A DNA stretch of 63,485 bases, filler included, from Parachlamydiales bacterium (GTDB taxonomy: Bacteria; Chlamydiota; Chlamydiia; Chlamydiales; Parachlamydiaceae): the NCBI GenBank assembly GCA_020051075.1. It is 4 parts of 4 records of this genome, joined end to end, with 100 filler letters (N's around TTAATTAATTAA, not from the genome) between each part and the next. Parts side by side here need not be neighbours in the genome. Positions count along the whole stretch, not along the records: positions 41,480 to 55,430 come from JAGVJP010000087.1; positions 55,531 to 63,485 come from JAGVJP010000008.1; 2 more parts are not named here. One strand, 5' to 3'. Each line of letters starts with the position of its first letter. Position 1 is the first letter of the stretch. Below the pieces are notes generated by a model. The model saw only the letters and a list, made by a program, of their open reading frames with translations, did not search any database and had not been told where the DNA came from. The position numbers were made by a program, and so were the translations under genes. Shown here one piece after another: positions 51,001-58,551 of this stretch.

Positions 51001-54000
51001 TCTCAGTCAAATTTCCGCGAAGTAATTCAAAAGGCTCTTCAGAAAAGCTACAGAAGATTGCAAGTAGCTCATTCATTTCGGCTAAGTTGTTTTCTTCTTC
51101 ATTTTGCTTGAACAACAAAATTCTAAGCACTTGCCGATAATTGACTTTAGGATGATTCTTTTTTACGATCAACAGCAAATCAAGGAAAAGCTTTTGATCT
51201 TCTGAGGGGGGATCGCCCTTTGAAATCATCTCTTTAAGACGTTCTGTAAGGTCATCCTCGGATGGTATTGGGACAAGTTTGGCTCTTTGCTCGAATCGAT
51301 CAAAAAAACCGGCTGATTTTTCACTCTCGATGACAAAAGCAAGCAGATCTAATAAAAGAGGAGCTTCCTCTTTAGAATCGATTGGGAAATCAGGAGGTTT
51401 CCAAGATATGGCCCTCACCGCTGAACTAAATCGATTTTTAAGAATTCCTAGAAAAGTTGAAAGCTGAGAAGAAGAGGCAGGGGTTGGCACCTCTATTTGC
51501 TGAAGACCTTCTAATTTTGTCACTAAACGAGTCAATGTGTTCAGCAACATCTCAGACCAGATGGGCAACCCAATCAAATTTTGGAAAATAAAATAAATGA
51601 TTTTGTTTCTTGTTTCAGAATCCTCAATAAAGAAATAGAAATCGATCATCTTGATAACTAAATCTTGATTCAATTGAAGATTTCGGTGTTTTGCTAAAAA
51701 AAAGAGCATATCGAATTGACCAATTGTCATTCTTCGGCTATTCAAAATATTAGTGCTCAGCTCTTCGAATAACACCACCTCCTCAGTAGGATCGACTTTC
51801 CGATCTAATAAAATCTGGCGACAAAAATTAACGTAAAAGTAGTGATATTTCCTGTACCAGAACGAGAAGAATTCTTTTTTGTATGCTATGAATATTTGCT
51901 GACAAATTGTCCTAGGCAATTTAGATTTCACTTCATCAAAAATTATCAAGATTTTTTGTTTGTGTTCACTACGAGGGAAACGTGTTAAAAGAAGTTCTGC
52001 ATTCCCGAGGCTTAATTCTCCTCCATCGCCCACATGTTTGAAAATACGATCAATGTCGAGGCACTCCGCATCAGTACATTCAACGTCGACTAAGGTTCGT
52101 AATGCTTGATGGAAGGGGCTTAAGCTTAATTCTCTGGATTCCACACTCACATCTTCGTTCGTAAGATTTTCCTGTAATCGGTTAATGGTTTTCTGAGGAG
52201 GAGACAAGGCGAAGTAAACCGAAATCCACTCAATCGTTTGATTGAGAATTTCAAATGACTTTCCACGACAATATTGATTTGACGTCTCAAGGAAGATGGT
52301 TTTTAACATCATTAACACTTGGTCATTCAAATGGTGTTTCTTCATGATGCATTCAAGGATGTCGAAAGAATTTTTTAAATGTTTATCTGGCAAAGAAAGG
52401 AGCGATTCTACAATGGGATCGGAGAGGGATTGGTGCTCCTCAATCGTTTTTAATAAATCAAGAAGATGATCAAGTTCCCGATTTTGAAAAACTTTTAACA
52501 GATGTTCGACGACGGCAAAAAAATCGGAAGACAAGCGCGGTGTTTTCAACACAAATTTGGTTGTGGCGTGATTACCCTCTTCTAAAATTCTTGAATGAGT
52601 GACTTCACTCTCTGACTCGGCTATGGGAGATGGTTCATGAGACGAACTTGTCAGAATAGCTGTGATTGTCCCAAAAGAATTGATGATATCTTCATGAGCA
52701 ATCTGGCCGGATAGTCCTTTAGATTTTTCAATTATCTCTTTCTCAGCTTCTTTAAAAGCAATCATTTTCAAGTACGCATCGGAGAAATCATTGACTGCGC
52801 GAGACATTTGAAGTTTTAACAGTTGACAAAGTTGATATTCTTGTTCAAAACTATCTGTGGCATTAATACTCTCATAGATAGCTTGGAGTTGATTCAACTC
52901 CAATGTGATGAAGTGATTCAGGCGAGCGATCAAGCCAGTTAATTTTTTCCGTATCTTCTTTGATGACGTTTTTCCGACTAACCAAAGCAATTGATCAATA
53001 TGATGCGGTGCTTGAGGTTGATCGAAAGTATCTGCACTAAATACATTCATCAAGATTTCTGCAACACGATATATCTCTCTATTCTTAGAAAGGAGGGCCC
53101 ACAATTTTTCGAGCGTCTTTGATTGAATCACAGGTTTCTGTTTCACGATAGCGTCTAGAGCACCTAAATAGAGAAGGATCTCTCGATCATCAACGTCTGC
53201 TAAAAACCCCTCTTCTACCAAGGGAAATGCAACTGGATCGACCGGAATATTTTTTTTAAGACATCGAGCAACTAGAAGACTGCGATGCCGTTGAGTATCA
53301 ACAGAAAGTCCTCCCCCCTCCAAACGAGATAGGGATTGCAACATGAAAGGAGGAACCATATCCTCATGATAGAAGACGGCCTCGCAAAACTCGAAAATCG
53401 ATCTAAGCAACCCTTGTTCAGAATCATCTGAATAAGAAAATCGATCTGTCCATTCTATGAGAGTCTGAAAGACACTTGCTGTCATGCGATATCGTGATTC
53501 GACAAAGCGAATCAGTGATCCTATCGATTCTAATTTTTTTTCGTTTGTTCCGTCTCTAAACGAAAGAACGACCCCTTGAATTTCAAATATCTCTTTAGAA
53601 GTACTTTTCAGTTCACTCTGATATTTCTCTAAGATCGCAAAAACATTTTGAGAAGTCTCAATATCAGATTCAATATACAAACACGTTGCAATTTCTTCTA
53701 GATCATCTGAAGACAGGTTATTGTATCCTAAAGCTACCATCCGAGCTAGAACAAGAATTGCGTCACGTTGTTGTTTTTCGTCTCGCAAACAAGGAATAAC
53801 CCCATCGACGATTTCACTTATACACGTATTTCCATTCGAGATAGGAACGGCTAAATGTGGAATTTGCAAGGATAACAATCGCATCGCTAAAACACGAATT
53901 TTCTCATTTTGATCGCTTAAAAGGCCAATTAATTGTTCAAGTAAGGGAACAGGAAAGCTCAAAGAACTCTTTTCTGAGAAATGAATCAATACTGAACAAG

Positions 54001-55423
54001 CCTTAAAACGTATATTCGAGGGATTATAACCTGTTGCTGCAATCTTCATTAATGACTCTAAGCTCTTACTAGCAAGCGCTCCATCGTTGCTTCTTAAAGA
54101 GGCAATGTTCCTCTTATTCAACATCATCACACACGAAAGCACAACCTCTTCCCGATCAGAAGAGAGGCCCTGGATAATTCGCTCCATCACTCTTTTAGAG
54201 AAAACTTGTCCTTTTTCTGCCGTTGCTTCCAATAGTGAAGTAGCAGCAAGTTGGGCTTGTGAGCTATCATCCAAGATGATATTGACAAGGAGATCTAAAC
54301 ACTTTTCATTGATCTGCCATCCTCTTTCCACTAATTCAAGAAACACCTCGCATGCCATCTCCACTGTCTTTTCTTTACCTAGTAACACAGCAAGTTGATC
54401 CATCTGAGGATCTGTCAAAGGCTCCGCTAACAGCTTCATGTAATGACATAATAATGAAAAATCATCCATTAAGTCCTTTTTATCCACCGACTGGCATAAG
54501 CGAATTAATAGATCGAAAAAATCCTGAGACCATCTCATTGTCGTTTGAGATAGCAAGACAGCTGCCATCGTTCGGGCGCAACATTGTTGTAAGGAGAGAT
54601 TTGTAGAGGATAAAGCATTTATAATAAGGGTGTCTATAAGCTGATCTGGAAATAAAAAACCCTTTTCCGCAGCTCTTCCTAAGAGACTCATCAGAGACAT
54701 CTTTTTCTTGATTGAAAGATCCGTTGCTAACAAATTGACGATTTTTTCAAATAAGCGACTAAATTCTTTTTGAAAATGAGGGGCCTTTATCGTATTCACC
54801 CAAACAAATAAAACAGTACATGAAGTGCTTAGCAACTTTTTATTCCCTAGAGAGTCAATCAATCCTAGTAAAAGCGGCTCACAAATGACATTATCAGGAT
54901 AATCGGGTAGCATCACTCCTAGTAATCGCAGAGAAGCTTCTTTCAAATCAATATCTAGTTCTGGGGTATTAACCGTTTTAATGGCATCTTCAACAACCCT
55001 AATCATGGCGTCCGCTGGCAGCTCTCTTTTGATCTTATTCTGATTCTCAACAATATATCGAATCGTAGCCGTTGCATTGATCAAAGCACCTAAAGGAAAA
55101 TGTTTATAATTTATGATTAAGTCCACAATTTCACAAATGGTCGTAGGAGGAATCTCGTCACCGTCACGAGCTTTAATAAAAAAAGCCTCGATCAATAGAA
55201 CACAAAAATCGGGATGACACAATAATCCCCCAGAATCGTTCGTTGTTTTGTCGAACAAAAACAAAATATAACGAACAAGTAGACGCAAATCATCCATTTT
55301 TTTTATATCAGAGGTACTCATTTGAGAGGTGCTATCGATGGCGTTTAATAAGCTCTTCCAAATTTCGACTCCGAGAAATTGGGAACGATCAATCCGTTCA
55401 AGATGAGATCTCAATGCAGACAT
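42062..55423 (-). CDS. giant (>4450 aa, probably 5'-truncated) HEAT/ARM-repeat, SecA-like helicase, OTU-like protease protein
   Basis: SecA-type motifs: STGEGKS, VDVITSSSELAKRD, DEVD, GITGT, ATNLAGRGTDI, QAFGRTSRRGEPG. C-terminal GDGACALHS...NHY. The frame is open up to the gap. Confidence 0.88.
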   Translation of the reverse strand: MSALRSHLERIDRSQFLGVEIWKSLLNAIDSTSQMSTSDIKKMDDLRLLVRYILFLFDKTTNDSGGLLCHPDFCVLLIEAFFIKARDGDEIPPTTICEIVDLIINYKHFPLGALINATATIRYIVENQNKIKRELPADAMIRVVEDAIKTVNTPELDIDLKEASLRLLGVMLPDYPDNVICEPLLLGLIDSLGNKKLLSTSCTVLFVWVNTIKAPHFQKEFSRLFEKIVNLLATDLSIKKKMSLMSLLGRAAEKGFLFPDQLIDTLIINALSSTNLSLQQCCARTMAAVLLSQTTMRWSQDFFDLLIRLCQSVDKKDLMDDFSLLCHYMKLLAEPLTDPQMDQLAVLLGKEKTVEMACEVFLELVERGWQINEKCLDLLVNIILDDSSQAQLAATSLLEATAEKGQVFSKRVMERIIQGLSSDREEVVLSCVMMLNKRNIASLRSNDGALASKSLESLMKIAATGYNPSNIRFKACSVLIHFSEKSSLSFPVPLLEQLIGLLSDQNEKIRVLAMRLLSLQIPHLAVPISNGNTCISEIVDGVIPCLRDEKQQRDAILVLARMVALGYNNLSSDDLEEIATCLYIESDIETSQNVFAILEKYQSELKSTSKEIFEIQGVVLSFRDGTNEKKLESIGSLIRFVESRYRMTASVFQTLIEWTDRFSYSDDSEQGLLRSIFEFCEAVFYHEDMVPPFMLQSLSRLEGGGLSVDTQRHRSLLVARCLKKNIPVDPVAFPLVEEGFLADVDDREILLYLGALDAIVKQKPVIQSKTLEKLWALLSKNREIYRVAEILMNVFSADTFDQPQAPHHIDQLLWLVGKTSSKKIRKKLTGLIARLNHFITLELNQLQAIYESINATDSFEQEYQLCQLLKLQMSRAVNDFSDAYLKMIAFKEAEKEIIEKSKGLSGQIAHEDIINSFGTITAILTSSSHEPSPIAESESEVTHSRILEEGNHATTKFVLKTPRLSSDFFAVVEHLLKVFQNRELDHLLDLLKTIEEHQSLSDPIVESLLSLPDKHLKNSFDILECIMKKHHLNDQVLMMLKTIFLETSNQYCRGKSFEILNQTIEWISVYFALSPPQKTINRLQENLTNEDVSVESRELSLSPFHQALRTLVDVECTDAECLDIDRIFKHVGDGGELSLGNAELLLTRFPRSEHKQKILIIFDEVKSKLPRTICQQIFIAYKKEFFSFWYRKYHYFYVNFCRQILLDRKVDPTEEVVLFEELSTNILNSRRMTIGQFDMLFFLAKHRNLQLNQDLVIKMIDFYFFIEDSETRNKIIYFIFQNLIGLPIWSEMLLNTLTRLVTKLEGLQQIEVPTPASSSQLSTFLGILKNRFSSAVRAISWKPPDFPIDSKEEAPLLLDLLAFVIESEKSAGFFDRFEQRAKLVPIPSEDDLTERLKEMISKGDPPSEDQKLFLDLLLIVKKNHPKVNYRQVLRILLFKQNEEENNLAEMNELLAIFCSFSEEPFELLRGNLTEIRAFFFDRLLSPFASVKRVSFDSKQSLLKVYQKLDWFPIRAKALFGKLSTDATLDELSTLLTLIHDFSIGLDVVEDFNDGKGVSVSNLTSALKEYLLCQHLVKIALSDGSKAQEVNDRTSEWLRQSVLSAFSLCKQGWSFTALMDWLRKINEDVEEGKLNAIDIRNMSEILTLTCNYQEQIGEVSFYALVEKQFAQGKIIIPEILHAYVVNRHLTSYDKIKSLPKLIEEIRSSSINQKDSRLMEQSYIDEIRETLALVDQLYWSPAKKPRISGDVVSPLPVNEWSKEHIKKWAGQIKQMDQTSLISSSSSSHSHVSFEATILPECLAVFKRACILLFGYPPREVQLVALLLLAERTDPKILAQISTGEAKSLRGILAQISTGEGKSLIIAMFAALKALQGKKVDVITSSSELAKRDVKDYKPFYELFSLKVASNEDHQYESGMKKCYAKDVDVVYGDPSHFQWDVLRHEYGGLKTRGERGFDLVVMDEVDNVLIESNDSLTMLASPMPCMQELTPLLVCLWMRFLHLIELKDNRDLESEESDSSEGIELGEDSSDIESEKTESSDDIELEDTSSSPESEKKNPFNQVDITDDAVVKKVIETELLSYINMIVEDAEGGMQIPKHLKPFVKSQAKHWIQSAWLAKYQYEEGRDYRIEKNPEDVECIAPVDFANTGAIQLGTSWGEGLQQFLQLNHSLMIEPMTLVTNYSSIYSYIKRYHHRLGITGTLGSPGLQELLKETYRYDCVEIPTFLPRNRLTLSPQLLQNQELWMEAIVLNAIRDANLGRVVLIICETINTAEELHGRFQDRYAKPSLFLYYDDKNDSKYFLQKEQSPGTIVVATNLAGRGTDIRVSQDVIKKGGLHVCLTFLPPDKRVRNQAFGRTSRRGEPGTVQLILDLQAIKDQFPSCNIEGLEKDPKLAKNLPDAQECEKLEKIKTVHLPNIKQQQKLFRGYLSLLEEIKQIDQAQHSKFGVDRIKKQISVDRIYFEELCEIKRSALEERWGRWLRDILSQEDKTEATSKFLIFKEQMLEAYRQETIIDNPIYYIRLGNQLLNRASRYRHYFSKNTFYEKAIQAYDAAIAMDEIFSFIAYYHRAYAVIQLKKDGYKKNLKENFEKMQQALMNGPLRQHQATYLLLSQYNNSSLSFGKDFLNTQFQQQLQVYYLLLDSAKRAVQQIEESQKLIAIDSGVPSFSQTYSDKYTTKRVMKRLGIPPPSGIQAKFRLTFHHLKTHVDITKTSQLEHTIEKIPSQIPITLSFDGDKLYSEQGQKYHLRALLPACRKKIRQNERLMDASSDDRSSTSNPADASSKTASSHQAPVITLADRGAAIAAKSTELVSHVSSKVSKAMKSGKHVVVEKIDKFNDWRSSDNGTEVVPATLTIRDLTVKGMRELLEKFTSSSKPAKTTSTSSETISKVAPKVDRKSILRGTVFGIGPIKITTALLELLKIKCPQMHVSVWFPPQRDQEGILKHNEPISVSLSDPVLDRPEGEISILECSYDQLQNLLDFLDSQDPLLTSNLVLHRLKQATASQWIKIVTSSGTQSLEDRASESSMQLEWDNGNQKKKSPRSMVLSFVDLDHKQAINIARMTLAEHNNATLSINEIDADTAQTIIKAADRKEEDFSIFHHPIKAELEKICANPSFVVRQQLNGLHYLYDINERNPLPRKGLALLTTLSLLQIAGGVVITTFSGGAGAAAGSALISEGIGDATRIFSAVTNREFDGSTFMLQKSLSVAMNLSSCGLSGVKAVKKTVRKLDNIRGYLMEHGDEMIQVALTVGKKVLHTTKTVGLDHVKSGFKGIVQGSLKQGVQRTLTRTSGSFLKGVEPSLVQNMKRDIQDMFHKDHWQRILNKALAVDAFLNSCEEFTIISSKINTLILSAKFNMLDISEFNKKIILQFEKPFNEFLSQRFNHLKDLEDILNKKSIGLTSEEIKAGCAWLRNEKIIDTNGEIDLFIIVKYLTPSERPLSKDAVYDVKHYNLDRFTFDHSNLILPACLTYARFLRDYYLCKKREIIEKMTSDFSKELFHNLTTVVDLTNEVLHKTAGKMIDKGTEAVSKKFKQDVSRPSRRPPPGEAHSSSRRGFNANSPAPPPMAMETGMAPPPGVTGAPPPGFGDASRWVFKNDSGETVTLPPNAIFFSGTAHPPEGIGAPSPGSSDQLSLNSKMRKDGWTPPGIIPGSDPSSGPPPGASSSGRGFSTSSPTPPTMPIGTDRAHPPGGVGGPPPVFGDSQRVGRPSPGIIPDGKIGRRSRQSNGNRVQRDSSSSFTGSYNLVMESSGDFAIGFITEYFKNELRQSSKAKEAIKKDLLNEAIISSGQKMAELYRKLMSEQIKRLRCVIGLLLAASSSMSRFNEQEKEKLHQNVTRIYDLSLEAYERGQDPVIPELRQIGKDSKKAEVYVCIRTLEKGWAKYQELKQKESTVISNYLNQIHPNELLTNTWRLIERKNELGLLAGKGGLSEQMMMQGMVVQQVGNIVQAIIEADRMSDAARERVQCMALKMAKRSLLDQSELQKEILGMGDRSQTLIANIVSHQTVIGRMIEENYGKFLKEILEAVQIEDREARLMNIEKIKTSYHDNLALIDSRVQARVHIVKSNFSDPQFLTECTEQAALVLTQVLQIAEEMSAKDSREIGTLTSEIGRELQNHLTEGSQADGARSSSEGVTNSSDGLSISMARFVEGSSEDSSSSSSSGCGSEDRLTFSYNGTIYQREVDTCGDGACALHSLLGTRTRLASRDCIQYIWNPAELDVNREGDMIQRFAKQTFIDALKPIFHSESHPLKPILFTSVRLALRETLEFKEWDQQHDVEHRTIKERMRSQLTREFYLSNKEKFDPIFAHTEKEFTGLQNRLEEGAEDIADSLANCIDASFDELKQAGIEDSNWTRFLEEKENKKVAEVEREQRIIEFVQDHFEIYEKLVLDRNYYLDFEELALAAHIFKPKAKVMVFENKFNPPRIINPEATEEVISIEHTMAYIREGNHYNRIEVKME

Positions 55424-55430
55424 TGCATAA

Positions 55431-55530
55431 NNNNNNNNNNNNNNNNNNNNNNNNNNNNNNNNNNNNNNNNNNNNTTAATTAATTAANNNNNNNNNNNNNN
55501 NNNNNNNNNNNNNNNNNNNNNNNNNNNNNN
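55431..55530. other. artificial contig spacer
   Basis: 100 nt of N with TTAATTAATTAA. Confidence 0.98.
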
Positions 55531-55623
55531 ATGCCGCCGGCGCCCTTATATTTCCTTCAATATTAGGGCGCCGGCGGCATCGCAACCGCGGGAGCTTTGG
55601 CTTCAGCCGAAATACCGCTCCCG
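55531..55623. repeat. GC-rich hairpins upstream of aroA
   Basis: Perfect 16-bp arms ATGCCGCCGGCGCCCT/AGGGCGCCGGCGGCAT, then CGGGAGC...GCTCCCG. Confidence 0.65.
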
Positions 55624-55653
55624 GCGCGTAAGGTGAGTTCTAAGGAGCAGTCA

Positions 55654-56937
55654 ATGAATCGATACATCATCCAATCAAATCGTTTGAATGGGGTCATGAC
55701 CATTCCTGCCTCGAAGTCGCATACTCTAAGAGCGATCCTCTTTGGCTCGCTAGGCCATGGGAAAAGCATGATCCACCATTATCTCCCCTCTACTGATACC
55801 CAAACAATGGTAGAGGCATGCCGTCACTTTGGCGCCAAAATCACCCTCTCCCCAACGACAATAGAGATAGAGGGGATAGAAGGTAAAATCAACCATACTG
55901 AAGATGTGATCAATGCCTGTAATTCTGGCATCGTCCTCCGCTTCTGCGCCGCTGTTGGAGCTTTAGCCAAAACACCTGTTGTTGTGACTGGTGATCATTC
56001 CATCAGACATCAAAGACCGATTAAACCCCTCCTAGACGCTCTTGACCAACTTGGCGTCTCCACAGCTTCAATGCGAGGAGATCATTATGCGCCTGTCATT
56101 ATCCAGGGTCCACTGAAGAGCGGAAAAGCCGTCATGGATGGGGAGGATTCTCAACCCGTCTCAGCATTGCTGATCGCGTCGGCTTTTGCTGAAGGCCCAA
56201 TCGAAATCAATGTTCGCAATCCTGGAGAGAAGCCCTGGGTTGCCCTGACGCTTGATTGGTTTAATCGTCTTGGGATTTCATATGAAAATCGATCGTTTGA
56301 ACACTATCGCATCGAAGGAAATGCGCGCTATCAAGGCTTTGAATATGTTGTTCCCGGCGACTTCAGCTCTGCTGCATTTCCTATTGCCGCTGCGCTAATC
56401 ACCCGATCAGAGCTGACTCTAAGAAATGTCGATATGAACGATTCGCAAGGAGATAAAGAGCTCATCGCTGTGTTCCAGAAGATGGGTGCCAAAATCGATT
56501 ACGACGAACGAAACAAAACTTTGTTTATCAAGAAATCTCCTCCCCTCTCAGGACTTACCGTCGACATCAACAACTTCATCGATGCAATCACGATTTTAGC
56601 AGTGGTGGGCTGCTATGCGGAAGGAGAAACGGTCATTCAAAATGCGGCTATTGCAAAACAAAAAGAGTGCAATCGAATACACTCTATCGTGACTGAACTG
56701 AAAAAGATGGGTGCTGATATTAGAGAAACTGAAGATGGACTATGTGTCAGAAAATCTCGCCTCATCGGCACAGCAGTACATTCCCACCACGATCAGCGAA
56801 TGGTCATGTCTCTTGCTGTCGCAGGGTTAGGTGCTGAAGGGGAAACGATTGTCTCTCCTGTGGAATCAGTGTCCAAAACCTTCCCTACCTTCGTCCATGA
56901 TTTTAATGCGTTAGGCGCCGCAATCAGGGAGCTTTAA
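55654..56937 (+). CDS. aroA: EPSP synthase
   Basis: SKSHTLRA, NSG, DSQPVS, PGDFSSAAF, KECNRI, HDQRMVM, KTFP. RBS AAGGAG precedes ATG 55654. Confidence 0.95.
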   Translation: MNRYIIQSNRLNGVMTIPASKSHTLRAILFGSLGHGKSMIHHYLPSTDTQTMVEACRHFGAKITLSPTTIEIEGIEGKINHTEDVINACNSGIVLRFCAAVGALAKTPVVVTGDHSIRHQRPIKPLLDALDQLGVSTASMRGDHYAPVIIQGPLKSGKAVMDGEDSQPVSALLIASAFAEGPIEINVRNPGEKPWVALTLDWFNRLGISYENRSFEHYRIEGNARYQGFEYVVPGDFSSAAFPIAAALITRSELTLRNVDMNDSQGDKELIAVFQKMGAKIDYDERNKTLFIKKSPPLSGLTVDINNFIDAITILAVVGCYAEGETVIQNAAIAKQKECNRIHSIVTELKKMGADIRETEDGLCVRKSRLIGTAVHSHHDQRMVMSLAVAGLGAEGETIVSPVESVSKTFPTFVHDFNALGAAIREL

Positions 56938-57470
56938 TGAACATCATTCTCTGCGGACTGCCCATGAGCGGGAAAACGACAATAGGAAAACGATTGTCAA
57001 AACAACTAAATTGGAATTTCATCGATACCGACCAAATGATCGAAGAGGCCTATCTGAAGAAAACTGGGAGACAGCAGTCCTGTCCGCAAATCTATATCGC
57101 TGAAGGAGGAAAGCGCTTTCGCGAGCTTGAAAAAGAACAAATCGCACTCCTTAACTGCTCATCAAAAAGTGTTATCGCCTTGGGTGGAGGAACCCTTTGC
57201 GATCCCGACAACCTCAAAGTGCTGCAATTAGCTGGTGATCTGATCTATTTAAAAACCCCTACAGACATCATTTGGATGAAATTACAAAAAGACGGCATCC
57301 CCTCCTATCTTGATCAAAACAATCCTGAGAAAGATTTTTATGCGGTGGCTGAAAAACGAATCCCCCTCTATGAGCAAGCTGCAGATCATATCATTGAAAC
57401 AAACCATTTAAACGAAGAAGGCATTGTGGCTGCTATTTTGAGTCATCGGAAGGAAGGAAATGGCGAGTAA
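56937..57470 (+). CDS. aroL: shikimate kinase
   Basis: GLPMSGKTT, DTD, FRELE, ALGGG. Confidence 0.9.
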   Translation: MNIILCGLPMSGKTTIGKRLSKQLNWNFIDTDQMIEEAYLKKTGRQQSCPQIYIAEGGKRFRELEKEQIALLNCSSKSVIALGGGTLCDPDNLKVLQLAGDLIYLKTPTDIIWMKLQKDGIPSYLDQNNPEKDFYAVAEKRIPLYEQAADHIIETNHLNEEGIVAAILSHRKEGNGE

Positions 57471-58551
57471 CTCTTTTGGAAATATCTTTAAAATCACCAC
57501 ATGGGGAGAATCTCACGGCAAGGCGATCGGCGTGGTGATCGATGGCTGCCCAGCAGGATTAGAGCTTGACGAGAGCGACATCAACGCTGCCTTAGCTCTT
57601 CGAACCCCAGGACGAAACCCATACACCTCGCCGCGAAAAGAAAAAGACCATGCAGAGATTCTTTCAGGTGTATTTGAAGGCAAAACAACTGGAACTCCCA
57701 TCTGCATCATCATCCCGAATACAGATAGCGATTCAAGTCAATATGAACCTGTCAAAGACTTACTCAAACCAGGACATGCTAATTATCCCTATTTGGAGAA
57801 ATATGGAATCTTCGATTACAGGGGCGGGGGGCGCTCCTCAGCGCGAGAAACAGCATGCCGCGTCGCTGCAGGTGCCGTTGCAAGGAAAATCCTCGTCGCC
57901 TGCGGCATTCAGTTGACAGCTTATATTAAACAAATTGGTATGGTTGAAGCGATCATCAACCCAGCAGATCTCGCGCTCATCCAGACACTCACCTATCAAA
58001 GCTCGATCTTCTGTCCCGATGAAGAAGCCTCTTCTAAAATGATAGCTTTAATCGAATCATGCAAAATTGAAGGCGATTCTTTAGGGGGCATCGTCGAATT
58101 TATTGCTTCTTCAGTCCCTGTTGGCATTGGCGATCCCATCTATGAAAAGCTTGAGGCCAACCTTGCCCATGCCATGATGAGTTTGCCTGCAACGAAAGGG
58201 TTTGAAATCGGGTCCGGGTTCCAATCCGCAGTGATGTCAGGATCTGTCCATAACGACCGATTCAGAAACAACAATGGGAAAATTCAAACAGAGACAAATT
58301 ACGCAGGAGGGACTTTAGGAGGGATTTCTACAGGCATGCCGATCATTGGGAGGGTTGCATTCAAACCCGCCTCGAGCATCAAGAAGCCTCAAGAGACCTT
58401 GACGACATCAGGAGAGACTGCGACATATCAACTTCCAGCTAACTCAAGAAATGATCCATGCGTCGCTATTCGAGCTGTTCCTGTTGTTGAAGCCATGGCT
58501 GCATTAGTCCTCGTCGATGCACTCCTCCTCAATAGGTGCGCAAAACTATGA
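57460..58551 (+). CDS. aroC: chorismate synthase
   Basis: WGESHG, GGGRSSARET, GDSLGG, GGTLGGIS, FKP. Confidence 0.96.
   Translation: MASNSFGNIFKITTWGESHGKAIGVVIDGCPAGLELDESDINAALALRTPGRNPYTSPRKEKDHAEILSGVFEGKTTGTPICIIIPNTDSDSSQYEPVKDLLKPGHANYPYLEKYGIFDYRGGGRSSARETACRVAAGAVARKILVACGIQLTAYIKQIGMVEAIINPADLALIQTLTYQSSIFCPDEEASSKMIALIESCKIEGDSLGGIVEFIASSVPVGIGDPIYEKLEANLAHAMMSLPATKGFEIGSGFQSAVMSGSVHNDRFRNNNGKIQTETNYAGGTLGGISTGMPIIGRVAFKPASSIKKPQETLTTSGETATYQLPANSRNDPCVAIRAVPVVEAMAALVLVDALLLNRCAKL

Noticed and set aside
42062..55423. Annotation as housekeeping secA
   Set aside because: It is about five times too long, has unrelated flanking domains and only the helicase motifs match.
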